In this document: positions 9,148 through 18,799 of the stretch, one piece after another
Layout of the letters: the number at the start of each line of letters is the position of its first letter
Position numbering within the stretch: position 1 is the first letter of the stretch
NCBI GenBank assembly: GCA_041745215.1
Contig: JBGTJJ010000040.1
Coordinates: 15,309-79,308 of the forward strand
Direction of reading: 5' to 3'
DNA: 64,000 bases
DNA from: Rubrobacteraceae bacterium
Lineage (GTDB): Bacteria; Actinomycetota; Rubrobacteria; Rubrobacterales; Rubrobacteraceae
The notes under the pieces: generated by a model
Database searches by the model: none
What the model was told of the DNA's origin: nothing
What the model saw: only the letters and a program-made list of their open reading frames with translations
Translations under genes and position numbers: made by a program

Positions 9148-10788
9148 CTAGAGGGTGAAGTAGAAAGCCGCGCCCTGACCCGTGTATCCTTCCGCCCAGA
9201 CCTGGCCGCCGTGCCGGTGGATGATGCGCTGTACGGTGGCGAGTCCCAGGCCCGTGCCGCTGAACTCTTCGCGCTCGTGAAGTCTCTGAAACGGGCCAAA
9301 CAGGTTTTCCGCGTAGGACTCGTCGAAGCCCACTCCGTTATCCCGGAAAAAATACACGCGTTCTCCACCCTCCTCTTTCGCGCCAAACTCTATCGCCGGG
9401 TTAGGCTGGCCTCGGGTGAACTTCCAGGCGTTATCCAGCAGGTTCTCGATTACGACCCTGATGAGTTGCTCGTCAACCTCCACCGGAAGGTTTTCAGCCA
9501 CCGTAAACTCCGTATTGCCCTCCGGGTGGCTCTTTCGCAGGTCTTCGACCATCCCGGCCACGATGTCGGCCAAGTCTATCTTCTCGCGCTCTAGCTTTCT
9601 GTGGGTTAGGCGCGCAATCTCCAACAGGCTGTCCACACGGTCACCCATAGTATCGCTCGCAACGAGTATCCTGCCCAGGTAGTCCTTGCTCTCCGCATCT
9701 AGACTCTTGGCGTGATCCTCCAACAATATCTTTGAGAAGCCCGTGATCCAACGCAGCGGAGCCCGCAACTCGTGGGATATGGAGTAGGCGAACTGCTCCA
9801 ACTCGGCATTGTAGCTCTCTAGCTGAATCGCCCGTTTCTTAAGCTCTTCTTCGGCGTGCTTACGCTCGTCAATGTTCGACTGGGAACCCGTAACGCGGAG
9901 GGCATCGCCGTTGCCAGCCCGCACCGCCACGCCCCGCGAGAGCACCCACAGGTAATCACCGTCACTATGCCACATCCGATGCTCGCTCTCGAAGTTGGGC
10001 GTGGCGCCGTCCAGATAAGCCTGGAGTTGCGCCTCTACCTGCTCCCGGTCGTCGTGATGTACGCGATCCAACCACTCCCCGGACTCTTCTCCGACGGCCT
10101 GCTCCTCCAGGCCGAGCATCTCTTTCCAACGCGGCGAGAAGTAGACCCGGTCCGTGCCCAGGTCCCAGTCCCATATGCCGTCGTTGGTAGCCCGGACAGC
10201 GAGCGCGTAGCGTTCTTCCGCCGCTCGAGTCCGGCGGAGCGTTCTAGTTAACCGGCTTCTGAACTGCCAAAGGAGGAGCAACAGGGTGGCAATCGTGGCG
10301 GCGAGCGAGGCCACCAGAAAGAGATCCCGGACCCAGAACGGCAGGCTAGTCGAATATGGGACGATCCGGCCGATGAGGACGACCGCGAGGGTCACTACCC
10401 AGGTCCCAAAGAGCAGGGATCCCAGAATACGGTCTTCGGTATACGGAAGCGCTACCATGACCGTAAGGAGCGAGGTTATTACGAGCGTAGGGTACCAGTA
10501 TGGCTGCACGAGGGCGACGACCAGGGTCGTACCGAGGATGCCGGCGCAGATGGTGACGACCGCTGACTCCAGCCTGCCCGCCCGCAACCGCGCCCGCGCC
10601 ACGAATAGCAGGCAACCGAAGACGAATATAAAACCTCCGGTCACACCAAGCGCGACATCATCGAATATCACCGCGACGATAGCCGAGAGCCCGGCGAAAC
10701 CAAAAGCTACCGGCACCAGCCAGTTGATGAGCTGCTTGAGCTGCGACGTCTGGAAAGAGGGTGAGTCCGTCCGCTCGGGGATCATCAT
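9148..10788 (-). CDS. membrane sensor histidine kinase (multi-TM N-terminus, PAS, HisKA, HATPase_c)
   Basis: H-box SISHELRAPL, N-box NLLDNAWKF, and G-boxes DNGVGF and GTGLGLA. PAS segment NDGIWDWDL. Start trimmed to the ATG at 10788, which forms an ATGA overlap with the terpene synthase stop. Confidence 0.85.
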   Translation of the reverse strand: MMIPERTDSPSFQTSQLKQLINWLVPVAFGFAGLSAIVAVIFDDVALGVTGGFIFVFGCLLFVARARLRAGRLESAVVTICAGILGTTLVVALVQPYWYPTLVITSLLTVMVALPYTEDRILGSLLFGTWVVTLAVVLIGRIVPYSTSLPFWVRDLFLVASLAATIATLLLLLWQFRSRLTRTLRRTRAAEERYALAVRATNDGIWDWDLGTDRVYFSPRWKEMLGLEEQAVGEESGEWLDRVHHDDREQVEAQLQAYLDGATPNFESEHRMWHSDGDYLWVLSRGVAVRAGNGDALRVTGSQSNIDERKHAEEELKKRAIQLESYNAELEQFAYSISHELRAPLRWITGFSKILLEDHAKSLDAESKDYLGRILVASDTMGDRVDSLLEIARLTHRKLEREKIDLADIVAGMVEDLRKSHPEGNTEFTVAENLPVEVDEQLIRVVIENLLDNAWKFTRGQPNPAIEFGAKEEGGERVYFFRDNGVGFDESYAENLFGPFQRLHEREEFSGTGLGLATVQRIIHRHGGQVWAEGYTGQGAAFYFTL

Positions 10789-11759
10789 TGCCGACGCTCC
10801 TGCGGGGAGTCTTCGAACGACTGCCTGTAACGCCCCGATTCGTTCGCCCAATCCAGGAAACCCCGCATCCGGGTCATAAGAACATCCACGAATCTCTCCA
10901 GGTTCTCATTCGGCGGCTCCCCCAATGACGCCTGAAGCTGCGGGATCGTCTCTAAAAAAGTGCGTACCTCCGCATTGTGCATCTCGATAGCCTGGCGGAT
11001 GGCGGCCTGGCGGGTAAGGTTTTCCTCGTGCTCCAGGATCAGGACCAGGTTATGCACCTCGCCGCGCCGGGCCTCTTTTTCGAGCGAGAAGATGTCGTTC
11101 GCCCAGCAAACAGAGTTGTTGGAAGTCCGGGTTAGAGTCTGGAGTATAGGATTGACCCGTACCGTCGCCGATAGGCGCGCGTGCTCGGCTACCTCGATAA
11201 ACTGGGTGTCGACGTTCAACCCTCCGGTAATGGGCCGCATTCTGATGTAACTGTCGATGTCCGGAATAGCGCCGCGTGAACGATTGGTCGCCTCCCAAAC
11301 GGTCGAGTCGAAATGTTCCCGGATGCTGTCGACAAAGCGTTCCATCCAGGCGCCACGGAGAGTTTCATCCTCCACCTGGGTCCGAAGGTCCCAGAGGGCG
11401 TGCGCAAGGGTGTCCTCACTATCCTCGGGCTTCGAACCTTCCAGTATTTCGATAAACCGGGCATTCGAAGCCGCCAGAAGCTCCGGCTGTTCCCCGAGTT
11501 CCGACTCGTCCCGCTCGTCGTCCCTGAAAAACATCCAGGCATACCATTTGGAGACGAGTTGCAAAGTCCCGAGCGAGGCGTCGGGGTGGAACCTGGCGGC
11601 CAAGCGCCCGATCCTGGTGGCGTAAAACCTCTTGTACGCCGCCTCATCCTTGAACACCCGAAAGCCTTGCAGCCATTCGACAGTACTCTCGTGGACTTCG
11701 TCCGCGTGAGAGTTTATGCGCGAAGGGAACGGCGAATATAGCTTCGGGAGAGCGCCCAA
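10785..11759 (-). CDS. class I terpene synthase (bacterial terpene cyclase family)
   Basis: Asp-rich motif FFRDDERDE (DDxxD), NSE triad NDIFSLEKE and C-terminal SGRY pair. Size of 324 aa is typical. TTG start. Confidence 0.8.
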   Translation of the reverse strand: MGALPKLYSPFPSRINSHADEVHESTVEWLQGFRVFKDEAAYKRFYATRIGRLAARFHPDASLGTLQLVSKWYAWMFFRDDERDESELGEQPELLAASNARFIEILEGSKPEDSEDTLAHALWDLRTQVEDETLRGAWMERFVDSIREHFDSTVWEATNRSRGAIPDIDSYIRMRPITGGLNVDTQFIEVAEHARLSATVRVNPILQTLTRTSNNSVCWANDIFSLEKEARRGEVHNLVLILEHEENLTRQAAIRQAIEMHNAEVRTFLETIPQLQASLGEPPNENLERFVDVLMTRMRGFLDWANESGRYRQSFEDSPQERRQ

Positions 11760-12015
11760 TTCTGTGTCCTATTCTACATCTAGTCTCGGCGAAAGCCCTC
11801 TCACCAGACGTTATTTTCGCGGCGACGACTCTACGGAACAACCGACCAGCCCCCAGACTGCCGACCTTTCTTACGCCTCGCTCGCCGGTCATATAGTAGC
11901 CGCTAATGGGGGCCCTAAGCAAAGCCATCGCGCAACCGGAGTATCGGGAGTCGGTCACTCCTCAGATCAAAAAATGTCTTTTTTCCAGGAAAATCGTCGT
12001 CGGAAAGAGGCCCTT

Positions 12016-12573
12016 ATGCAGTATAATTACGCTATGACAGATACAAAAAAAGAGACCCGGCAAGGTTGGTTGAGCGTTCCGAGACGTCGAGACGACGAGC
12101 GGCTGGACCCGCACGTATACGAGCGGGGCGTGAATGGCCTGACGGTCGAGGAAGCGGTTGGACGGGCGGCCCCGAGGGTGATGGGTATCTTGGGGCGTAG
12201 CGGCGAATCTTATTCGGAGTTCGAGATGGAGTTGGTGCGTCAGGCGGTCCGGTCTGCCCTGATCTCCCAGGTTTCGCGGGCGAACCTTTACCGGATCGCC
12301 GGCATCCTCGTCGCCGACCGGCGGGATTCCGGGTCTCACCTGGGTAGGTCTCTGGCGCTGGCTTACGTCGCGGCTTTGCGAGAGGCGTTCTTGAGCGAGC
12401 TATCGGTTGGTGAACAGGTCATAACCCCCGAAGGGTCGGGCGAGATCCGCTACGTCTCCGAAGACGGGAGCAACGCGGTAGTGAGTCTTGATAGTGGGCG
12501 GGAAATATGGCTGCCGGAGGCACAGGTCTCCCGTTTTCATCCTTCGGAAGGGTACGATCTCCAGGCCTCCTGA
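12016..12573 (+). CDS. hypothetical protein
   Basis: The track ORF 11716..12573 overlaps the terpene synthase start antisense, so I trimmed it to the ATG at 12016. ATGs at 11974 and 12034 are alternatives. No family recognised. Confidence 0.4.
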   Translation: MQYNYAMTDTKKETRQGWLSVPRRRDDERLDPHVYERGVNGLTVEEAVGRAAPRVMGILGRSGESYSEFEMELVRQAVRSALISQVSRANLYRIAGILVADRRDSGSHLGRSLALAYVAALREAFLSELSVGEQVITPEGSGEIRYVSEDGSNAVVSLDSGREIWLPEAQVSRFHPSEGYDLQAS

Positions 12574-12596
12574 GCCTTCTGCTATATTCAAGTTAG

Positions 12597-13523
12597 ATGG
12601 CGGCATTCAGGGAAAAAGCGCGGGCGATCTGCAACCCGGCCTCCGGTGGGGGTGGTTACGACCCCGAGGAAGTGCGCCAGAGCCTGAGCGGTTACGATCT
12701 GGAGTGGATCGAGACCGGCAGCGCCGGAGAGGCTGAAAGCGCCGCGCGGGAGTGGTCGGAAGGTCTTCTCATTGTCGTGGGCGGAGACGGCACCATCACC
12801 CAGGCCGTCAACGGCCTCGGCCAAGCCGGTTTCTCCGAAGCCGTGACCCTGGCTCTCCTGCCGACGGGTACCGGCAACGACCTCGCTTCCACCCTGGCGA
12901 TCCCCGAAGACCCCGGAGAAGCCGTGGCAACGATCCAAAACGGCCGGGTTCGTAAGCTGGACGTCATCCGGGTCCAGCCCGAAGGCGAAGAAGACCAATT
13001 CCTCGTCAACGTGGCGACCGGCGGGGTGGGCGCGCTGACTACCGACATGGTAGACGACGAGATGAAGCGGCGTTGGGGAAAGATGGCCTACCTCAGGGCG
13101 GGGCTCGAGGTGGCACGGGGCTTCGAGGTGCAGGAGGTGCGTCTAACGCTGGACGGCGTCGAGCGCGAAGTCCGCGCCATCAACATCGCCGTCGGCAACG
13201 GGCGCTACGCCGGTGGCGGCTGGCCCGCGGCGCCGAGGGCCAACCCCGAAGACGGCCTTATCGACCTGGTTATAATAGAAGATGTGGGTCTGCAGGAGGT
13301 GCTGGCGCTCACCCCGGCGGCGCTCGCCGGGTCCGACTACCTCGACAAAGAAGGGGTGTTTTTCGCGCGGGCGAAAGAGGTCCGGGTAGACATCGAGCCC
13401 TCCGACTTCGAGTTCACGATTGATGGTGAGGTGATCGGGAGCGAGCCCGTCATGTTTACTATCATGCCCCAGGCCCTCAAAGTAGTGGCCGGGGCGGAGT
13501 ACGTCCCGGAACCGGAGGTTTGA
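12597..13523 (+). CDS. diacylglycerol/lipid kinase family protein (YegS/BmrU-like)
   Basis: Motif VVGGDGTI plus GTGNDLA; 308 aa. Confidence 0.85.
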   Translation: MAAFREKARAICNPASGGGGYDPEEVRQSLSGYDLEWIETGSAGEAESAAREWSEGLLIVVGGDGTITQAVNGLGQAGFSEAVTLALLPTGTGNDLASTLAIPEDPGEAVATIQNGRVRKLDVIRVQPEGEEDQFLVNVATGGVGALTTDMVDDEMKRRWGKMAYLRAGLEVARGFEVQEVRLTLDGVEREVRAINIAVGNGRYAGGGWPAAPRANPEDGLIDLVIIEDVGLQEVLALTPAALAGSDYLDKEGVFFARAKEVRVDIEPSDFEFTIDGEVIGSEPVMFTIMPQALKVVAGAEYVPEPEV

Positions 13524-13771
13524 ACTTGGAGAGCATAAAAGTGCGGCTGTTCGGGGCGGCGGCGGATCGGGCCGGGACCCGCGAAGTCGAAGTAGAATCG
13601 GAAGCGACTACCCTCGACGGGCTCTGGCCTGTGCTGGCCGAGAAGTATCCCGGCCTCGAACCGATGCGCGAGACTCTGGCTTTCGCGGTAAACGAGGAGT
13701 ACGCTAGGGGCGACGCTCTCGTAGAACCCGGCGACGAAGTCGCGGTGCTGCCGCCGGTCTCCGGTGGGTAG
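13520..13771 (+). CDS. moaD: molybdopterin synthase sulfur-carrier subunit
   Basis: 83 aa ending in ...PPVSGG, the C-terminal Gly-Gly. Overlaps moaE. Confidence 0.8.
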   Translation: MNLESIKVRLFGAAADRAGTREVEVESEATTLDGLWPVLAEKYPGLEPMRETLAFAVNEEYARGDALVEPGDEVAVLPPVSGG

Positions 13772-14210
13772 ACATTTGGGCGGCGCGTTCGCCATAGTAG
13801 ACGGGCCGATAGACGTCGGGGCCATGCTCTCCGCCGCCCAGCGCCCGGACTGCGGCGCCGTCTCGACGTTCCTCGGCACGACGCGGGTGGATGAGACCTC
13901 CGGCGCGAAGGTCGAATACCTGGAGTACGAAGCGTACCGCCCGATGGCCGAGAAGAAACTCGCGGAGATCGGGGGTGAGATCGAGGAACGCTGGGACGTG
14001 CGCCACGTCTCGATCGTCCACCGGCTGGGCAGGGTAGATCCCGGCGAGGCGAGCGTCGCCATAGTGGTTTCCGCGCCGCGAAGAGGCCCAGCGTTCGAGG
14101 CGAGCCGGTACGCCATCGAGCGGATCAAAGAGATAGTCCCGATCTGGAAACGGGAGATCTGGACCGACGGATACATCTGGGTCGGCAGCCAGGTTGGAAC
14201 CCGCCAGTAA
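13764..14210 (+). CDS. moaE: molybdopterin synthase catalytic subunit
   Basis: 148 aa with the pattern GAVSTFLGTTR...VEYLEYEAY..MA...PIWKRE typical of MoaE. Confidence 0.85.
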   Translation: MGRHLGGAFAIVDGPIDVGAMLSAAQRPDCGAVSTFLGTTRVDETSGAKVEYLEYEAYRPMAEKKLAEIGGEIEERWDVRHVSIVHRLGRVDPGEASVAIVVSAPRRGPAFEASRYAIERIKEIVPIWKREIWTDGYIWVGSQVGTRQ

Positions 14211-14339
14211 ACCGCCCTAACCCCGAACATCCAGGGCCCCGCGAAACGTAATTTTCTCCATCGGGCCAATTGCATGTACGAGGCTGCGGGAGTAGGGTTA
14301 TTCGACCTTTAGCGACCTTATGAATTAGAGGAGCGTAGC

Positions 14340-15641
14340 TTGCAGGACCGCCGCATGGGCTTGGAACAGGAGTTCTTCCTGGTAGACGAGGAAGGTGCCC
14401 TCTCCAACCGGGCCGACGAGTTTCTCGAACGGTGCTGGGAACTGGCCGGAGAAGAGGATCTCGACCCGGATCATTTCGCGCCGGAGTGCGTAAAGAACCT
14501 CGTGGAGGTCAGCACGCCACCGGCCGATTCCCTGGAAGATCTCTCCGAAGCCTATTTAGAAAGCGTCGGTGCGGCTCTGCGGTCTGCGAAGGATGTGGGC
14601 CTGCGGCTCTATCCGCTCGCCACCTACCCACTACCTATAACGCCTGACCTGCGCGAAGAGACCCACTACCAAATACAGGCCATGACCCTGGGGGCGGATA
14701 AGTTCCTCCACGCCGGGCGCTGCGCCGGGGTGCATCTTCACCTTGAGGTCGCACCGGAGACCGTCGATCCCCGAATCGGTGTCGCATACGATTCCCAGCC
14801 GGAGGCCCGCCAGGAGTTGTTAAACGTCTACAACCTGGCGACGGCGCTGGACCCGGCGATCATCGCCCTCACCCGTTCCTGTCCGTTCTACGAGGGCCGG
14901 CTGACGGAGATCGCCGCCCGCACGGCCTACTACCGGGGTTGTCCGAGGCTCGCCCCCTACGGTCTCTACGGAGAACTGGAGGAGGTGGGCGGCCTGCGGC
15001 CTTACGCGGAGGACTCTGCGAGGCTCGTCGAGCTACAGTTCGAGCGGTACCATGCGTGGCTCTCGGCGATGGACCGGGCAGGCGTCGAACGCCGTCTTTT
15101 TCTGGAAGCGGGCGACGGGATGCTGGATGCGGCGTGGAATCCGGTGCGTCTGAACGACCACGGCACCGTCGAGCTGCGCGGCATAGACGCCGGACACCCG
15201 AAGGTGGTTCTGGAGATCGCCGCCCTCGTCCGCCAGGTGGTCCGGAGGGTCTTGGACGAAGGCCTCACGGTAACGCCGGTCGCCGGGCTCACATCCTTCG
15301 AGGTAGAAGGCCGGAGCCTGATGGTCCCCGGTTTCGAGGAGTTGAGCGTGGACCTCTTCCGGGAAGCGGCCACTCTGGGCGTAGATAGCGCGGAGATCAC
15401 CACCTACCTCGACTCTATCTTCGATTTCGCCGGTGCGTTCGCCGGGTCGGCCTTCGAGAGTCTCAAACAGGGCAATGCTTACCGTTGTCCGGAGACGGAA
15501 GTCCTCGAAACCTATGGCGTAGAAGTCTCTCAAGAGACCGGCCTCCAGCTAGTGAGAGAAGCCTGTGGCAGACTGGAGGAACAAATCCACTCCTTCCGAA
15601 AACGAGAAACAACAACCTCTGCGGATGGCGGACAGCGATGA
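14340..15641 (+). CDS. GCS2-family carboxylate-amine ligase (glutamate-cysteine ligase family 2, YbdK-like)
   Basis: N-terminal MGLEQEFFLVDEEG and the HLHLEV segment. TTG start at 14340; an ATG at 14355 is an alternative. Confidence 0.8.
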   Translation: MQDRRMGLEQEFFLVDEEGALSNRADEFLERCWELAGEEDLDPDHFAPECVKNLVEVSTPPADSLEDLSEAYLESVGAALRSAKDVGLRLYPLATYPLPITPDLREETHYQIQAMTLGADKFLHAGRCAGVHLHLEVAPETVDPRIGVAYDSQPEARQELLNVYNLATALDPAIIALTRSCPFYEGRLTEIAARTAYYRGCPRLAPYGLYGELEEVGGLRPYAEDSARLVELQFERYHAWLSAMDRAGVERRLFLEAGDGMLDAAWNPVRLNDHGTVELRGIDAGHPKVVLEIAALVRQVVRRVLDEGLTVTPVAGLTSFEVEGRSLMVPGFEELSVDLFREAATLGVDSAEITTYLDSIFDFAGAFAGSAFESLKQGNAYRCPETEVLETYGVEVSQETGLQLVREACGRLEEQIHSFRKRETTTSADGGQR

Positions 15642-17014
15642 AAGTCAGGCCATCCCACTACAACGAAGTCTTCGAAGAAAACGGAGAAACCCGCGAAGTG
15701 TACGCGTCACTCATGGAGACCATAGGACGTATCGGGGACGAAGAGTTCTCCAAACTATCCGGGGCCGCCACAGAGAGGTTGCGGGAGTTGGGGGCGACCT
15801 TCCCGCTCTCCGAAGAGGATGGTAGAAGAGAGCGAGTCCTGCCGGCGGATTGGGTGCACAGGATCATCCCCGCCGACCACTGGCGCAAGATCTCCGCGGG
15901 CATCTTGCAGCGCGGGAAAGCTTTAAACGCCTGGCTCACCGACCTCTACAACGGAGATCAGAGCGTGGTTCCCCGGCAGGTAGTAGAGAGCAGCATCTTC
16001 TACAGAGACGCCCCGCTCCCGGAACCTTCGGTCTCGAACCCCATCCACGTCTACGGCCCGGACCTCGTACACCTCGGCGACGGCGAGTACGTGGTGCTCG
16101 AAGACAACGTGCGGGTACCGAGCGGCGTTACCTACTCGGAGGCTCTTAGGTGGGCGAGCCTGGACGTAATGAAAGACCTCTTCGCCCCCTACAGGGTCGC
16201 CAACGGACGCGCCTATTACTCGAAGCTCCGCGCGAGCCTCGAAGCCGCCGCTCCTTCCGGCGTGCGAGATCCCTGCATCGCCCTCGTAACCCGTGGGGAA
16301 GAAGACTCCGCATACTTCGAGCATAATCGCATAGCCGAAGCCTGTGGCATCCGTCTCCTGACGCTCGCCGATTGCTGTGTGGAGAACGGCGAGTTGCGGG
16401 ACCGCTCCGACGATCGGCGGATAGACGTGATCTACCGCCGCTTCGACGAGGAGTACCTGAAGACGGACCTCCCGGAGCTGGAAGAAGTCTACGAGAACGG
16501 CGAAGTATGCCTGGCTAACGCGCTCGGTGTCGGGGTGGCCGACGACAAGGCCGTCTTCCCCTATGTACCGGAGATGATCCAACACTACCTCGGCGAGGAA
16601 CCTATCCTTTCGAACGCCCCAACCCACTCCTTCATAAAACCCGAGCAACGCGACGAGGCACTCTCCCGGCTCGACGAGCTGGTCCTAAAACCCCGCGAGG
16701 GCTACGGAGGCCAGGGTCTAGTGGTGGGACCGGAAGCGGACGAAGAGGCGGTGAACGAGGCGAGGGATAACGCGCGCGAAAACCCCGCCAACTTCATCGC
16801 CCAGGAGACCCTGGACTTCTCGACCCACATTCTCGAAGACGACGAGGGCTCCGACACCGAAGAAGCCTACATAGACTTGCGCGCCTTCGTGCTGCCCGCT
16901 GCGGATTACGTCATGCCCGGCGGCCTTACGCGGGTCGCCAACCCCGGCACCCGGATCGTCAACTCCTCGGCCGGGGGAAGGGTAAAAGATACCTGGGTCC
17001 TCGAAGACCAGTAG
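15638..17014 (+). CDS. circularly permuted type-2 ATP-grasp protein
   Basis: Start trimmed to the ATG at 15638, giving an ATGA overlap with the GCS2 stop. 458 aa with the N-terminal pattern YNEVFEENGE.RE.Y and LKPREGYGGQG typical of this family. Confidence 0.75.
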   Translation: MKVRPSHYNEVFEENGETREVYASLMETIGRIGDEEFSKLSGAATERLRELGATFPLSEEDGRRERVLPADWVHRIIPADHWRKISAGILQRGKALNAWLTDLYNGDQSVVPRQVVESSIFYRDAPLPEPSVSNPIHVYGPDLVHLGDGEYVVLEDNVRVPSGVTYSEALRWASLDVMKDLFAPYRVANGRAYYSKLRASLEAAAPSGVRDPCIALVTRGEEDSAYFEHNRIAEACGIRLLTLADCCVENGELRDRSDDRRIDVIYRRFDEEYLKTDLPELEEVYENGEVCLANALGVGVADDKAVFPYVPEMIQHYLGEEPILSNAPTHSFIKPEQRDEALSRLDELVLKPREGYGGQGLVVGPEADEEAVNEARDNARENPANFIAQETLDFSTHILEDDEGSDTEEAYIDLRAFVLPAADYVMPGGLTRVANPGTRIVNSSAGGRVKDTWVLEDQ

Positions 17015-17073
17015 ATTCTCGGGGCTTCTAATCCCAAAGTCCGCCGGCCATCCCCGGATGTATACTCAAACCG

Positions 17074-17565
17074 ATGGCTAAGGATCGCGGCGACAAAAAC
17101 ATAGACTTCGGTATCCGGGTCGGGGCGATCGTGGAGCGGGATGGCGCTATCTTGCTGGTGCGCCACCAGAAGCCGGAACTCGACCCATACTGGGTCTTGC
17201 CGGGAGGCAGGCTGGAGCCCGGAGAGACGATCCCGGAGTGTGCCGTGCGAGAGTTGGCCGAGGAAACTAACCTCACCGTCCGTTTCGCGGAGATACTTTA
17301 CGTAAGCGAGTTCCTGCGCGAAGACCGACACACGGTCGACGTAACCGTGCGGGCGACGGCGGGTGCGGACGAAGAAGCCCGGCTCGGGAGCGACCCGGAG
17401 GTCGAGGAAGACGAGGAGCCAACTTTGAAAGAGCTACGCTGGGTCGAGACCTCGAAACTCGGAGAGGTCGAATTGTTGCCGACCTGGATCCGGGACCGGA
17501 TAGTAGAGGACGCCGGACGGGAACGGGGTACCAGCAAAGTCTACCTGGACGGGGCCGAAGATTAA
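17074..17565 (+). CDS. NUDIX hydrolase
   Basis: Nudix box GGRLEPGETIPECAVRELAEETNL. Confidence 0.85.
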   Translation: MAKDRGDKNIDFGIRVGAIVERDGAILLVRHQKPELDPYWVLPGGRLEPGETIPECAVRELAEETNLTVRFAEILYVSEFLREDRHTVDVTVRATAGADEEARLGSDPEVEEDEEPTLKELRWVETSKLGEVELLPTWIRDRIVEDAGRERGTSKVYLDGAED

Positions 17566-17605
17566 CGGCCCGCTGCAGGCGCTACTCTCCGTCATAACGC
17601 TGAAC

Positions 17606-18280
17606 TTGCTATTGATGGGCGTTACGGTCGGCCTCTTCTGGGCTGGTGTCTTCACGGCCCGGATGCTCGGACGAAAGAGCAGCTTCTCTCTGTCCCCGCT
17701 CGGTTTCTCCCTCCCGAAAAACGGCACGCTTAGAGGGATCTCTATCGGTTTGTCGGTGGGAGTCGTGGCGGTATTCGTGGGGGCGATCCTGAACGCCGTT
17801 AGCACCGTGGTGTTCGAGAGCCTGGGCTACTCGGCCGACTCGCGGGTGCAGCAACCGTTCATGCAATCCCTGAAAGGATGGGTGCAAGACAGTCCCGCGC
17901 TCGCCATACCGGCCATCGTATTCGCGGTGGTGATCTTCGGCCCGTTCGTCGAGGAGCTGGTATTCCGTGGGGCCATCTTCAACGGCCTGTATCGGCTGGT
18001 TCGGTTGGCTCCGGTCTCGTTGGGCGGCAAGGAAATCACCCGGTCGGCCGACCTGATCTCCTTCGCCCTCGCGGCCATCGTTTCCTCGTCCTTCTTCGCG
18101 CTTTTGCACCTGGAGCCGGTCCTGCTTCCGGCGCTACTCACGCTGGCGGTCGCCCTGTGCGCCCTGTTCCGGTGGAGCGGGAGCCTACTGCCATCCTTCG
18201 TCGCCCACGCGACCTTCAACTCCTTCGCCACCGTCCTGATCATCCTCAGTGGGCTCGGCGTGTTCGAGTTGCCCGTCTAG
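17606..18280 (+). CDS. CPBP-family intramembrane glutamic endopeptidase (CAAX protease-like)
   Basis: Motifs EELVFRG, FALLHLE and HATFN within a polytopic membrane protein. Confidence 0.75.
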   Translation: MLLMGVTVGLFWAGVFTARMLGRKSSFSLSPLGFSLPKNGTLRGISIGLSVGVVAVFVGAILNAVSTVVFESLGYSADSRVQQPFMQSLKGWVQDSPALAIPAIVFAVVIFGPFVEELVFRGAIFNGLYRLVRLAPVSLGGKEITRSADLISFALAAIVSSSFFALLHLEPVLLPALLTLAVALCALFRWSGSLLPSFVAHATFNSFATVLIILSGLGVFELPV

Positions 18281-18375
18281 TCTCAGGCGGTTTCGGGCAA
18301 CAAAACGGCGACACCGACTCTGCTAACATCCACGGCAGCAAAGAGATCGTCCACGAAGCAAAAAGGGGAGAGCCA

Positions 18376-18774
18376 ATGATTGCATACGAAGAAGCCCAGC
18401 AGATAATCGCCGCCGCCACGCGGAAAGCCGAGGAGATCGGGACGCCCATGAACATAGCCGTCATGGACGCCGGCATGAACCTCGTGGCGTTTGGGCGGAT
18501 GGATGGCGCGTGGGTATTGAGCATAGACATCGCAATAGGCAAAGCTTTCACTTCGGCCGGTCGCGGACTCTCTACGAGAGATATCGGTGAGAAAGCCCAG
18601 CCCGGACAGCCCCTTTTCGGAGTCAACACGACAAACGGTGGCCGGGTCGTCATCTTCCCCGGCGGCCTCCCGCTCGTGCGCGACGGCGAAGTAGTCGGCG
18701 CCATAGGCGTCAGCGGTGGCCCCGTAGACCAGGACGAGCAGGTAGCGGAGGCAGGCGTCGCAGCCTTCGGGTAA
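18376..18774 (+). CDS. GlcG/HbpS-like heme-binding protein (DUF336)
   Basis: Trimmed to the ATG at 18376, preceded by AAAGGGGAG. Pattern IAVMDAGMNLVAFGRMDGA...GAIGVSGG. Confidence 0.8.
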   Translation: MIAYEEAQQIIAAATRKAEEIGTPMNIAVMDAGMNLVAFGRMDGAWVLSIDIAIGKAFTSAGRGLSTRDIGEKAQPGQPLFGVNTTNGGRVVIFPGGLPLVRDGEVVGAIGVSGGPVDQDEQVAEAGVAAFG

Positions 18775-18799
18775 CGCCTCACTGCTACCCACGAACGCG

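Noticed and set aside
11760-12015. 250-bp leader upstream of the terpene synthase as a riboswitch
   Set aside because: Only a short 5-bp hairpin (GGAGT-CGGTC-ACTCC) and an A6/T6 palindrome were seen, with no recognisable riboswitch core. It cannot be supported without a covariance-model scan.
13337-14275. 312-aa minus-strand ORF
   Set aside because: It is antisense to moaD and moaE and to the end of the lipid kinase gene, all of which have clear family signatures. The sequence is low-complexity Ser/Pro/Arg.
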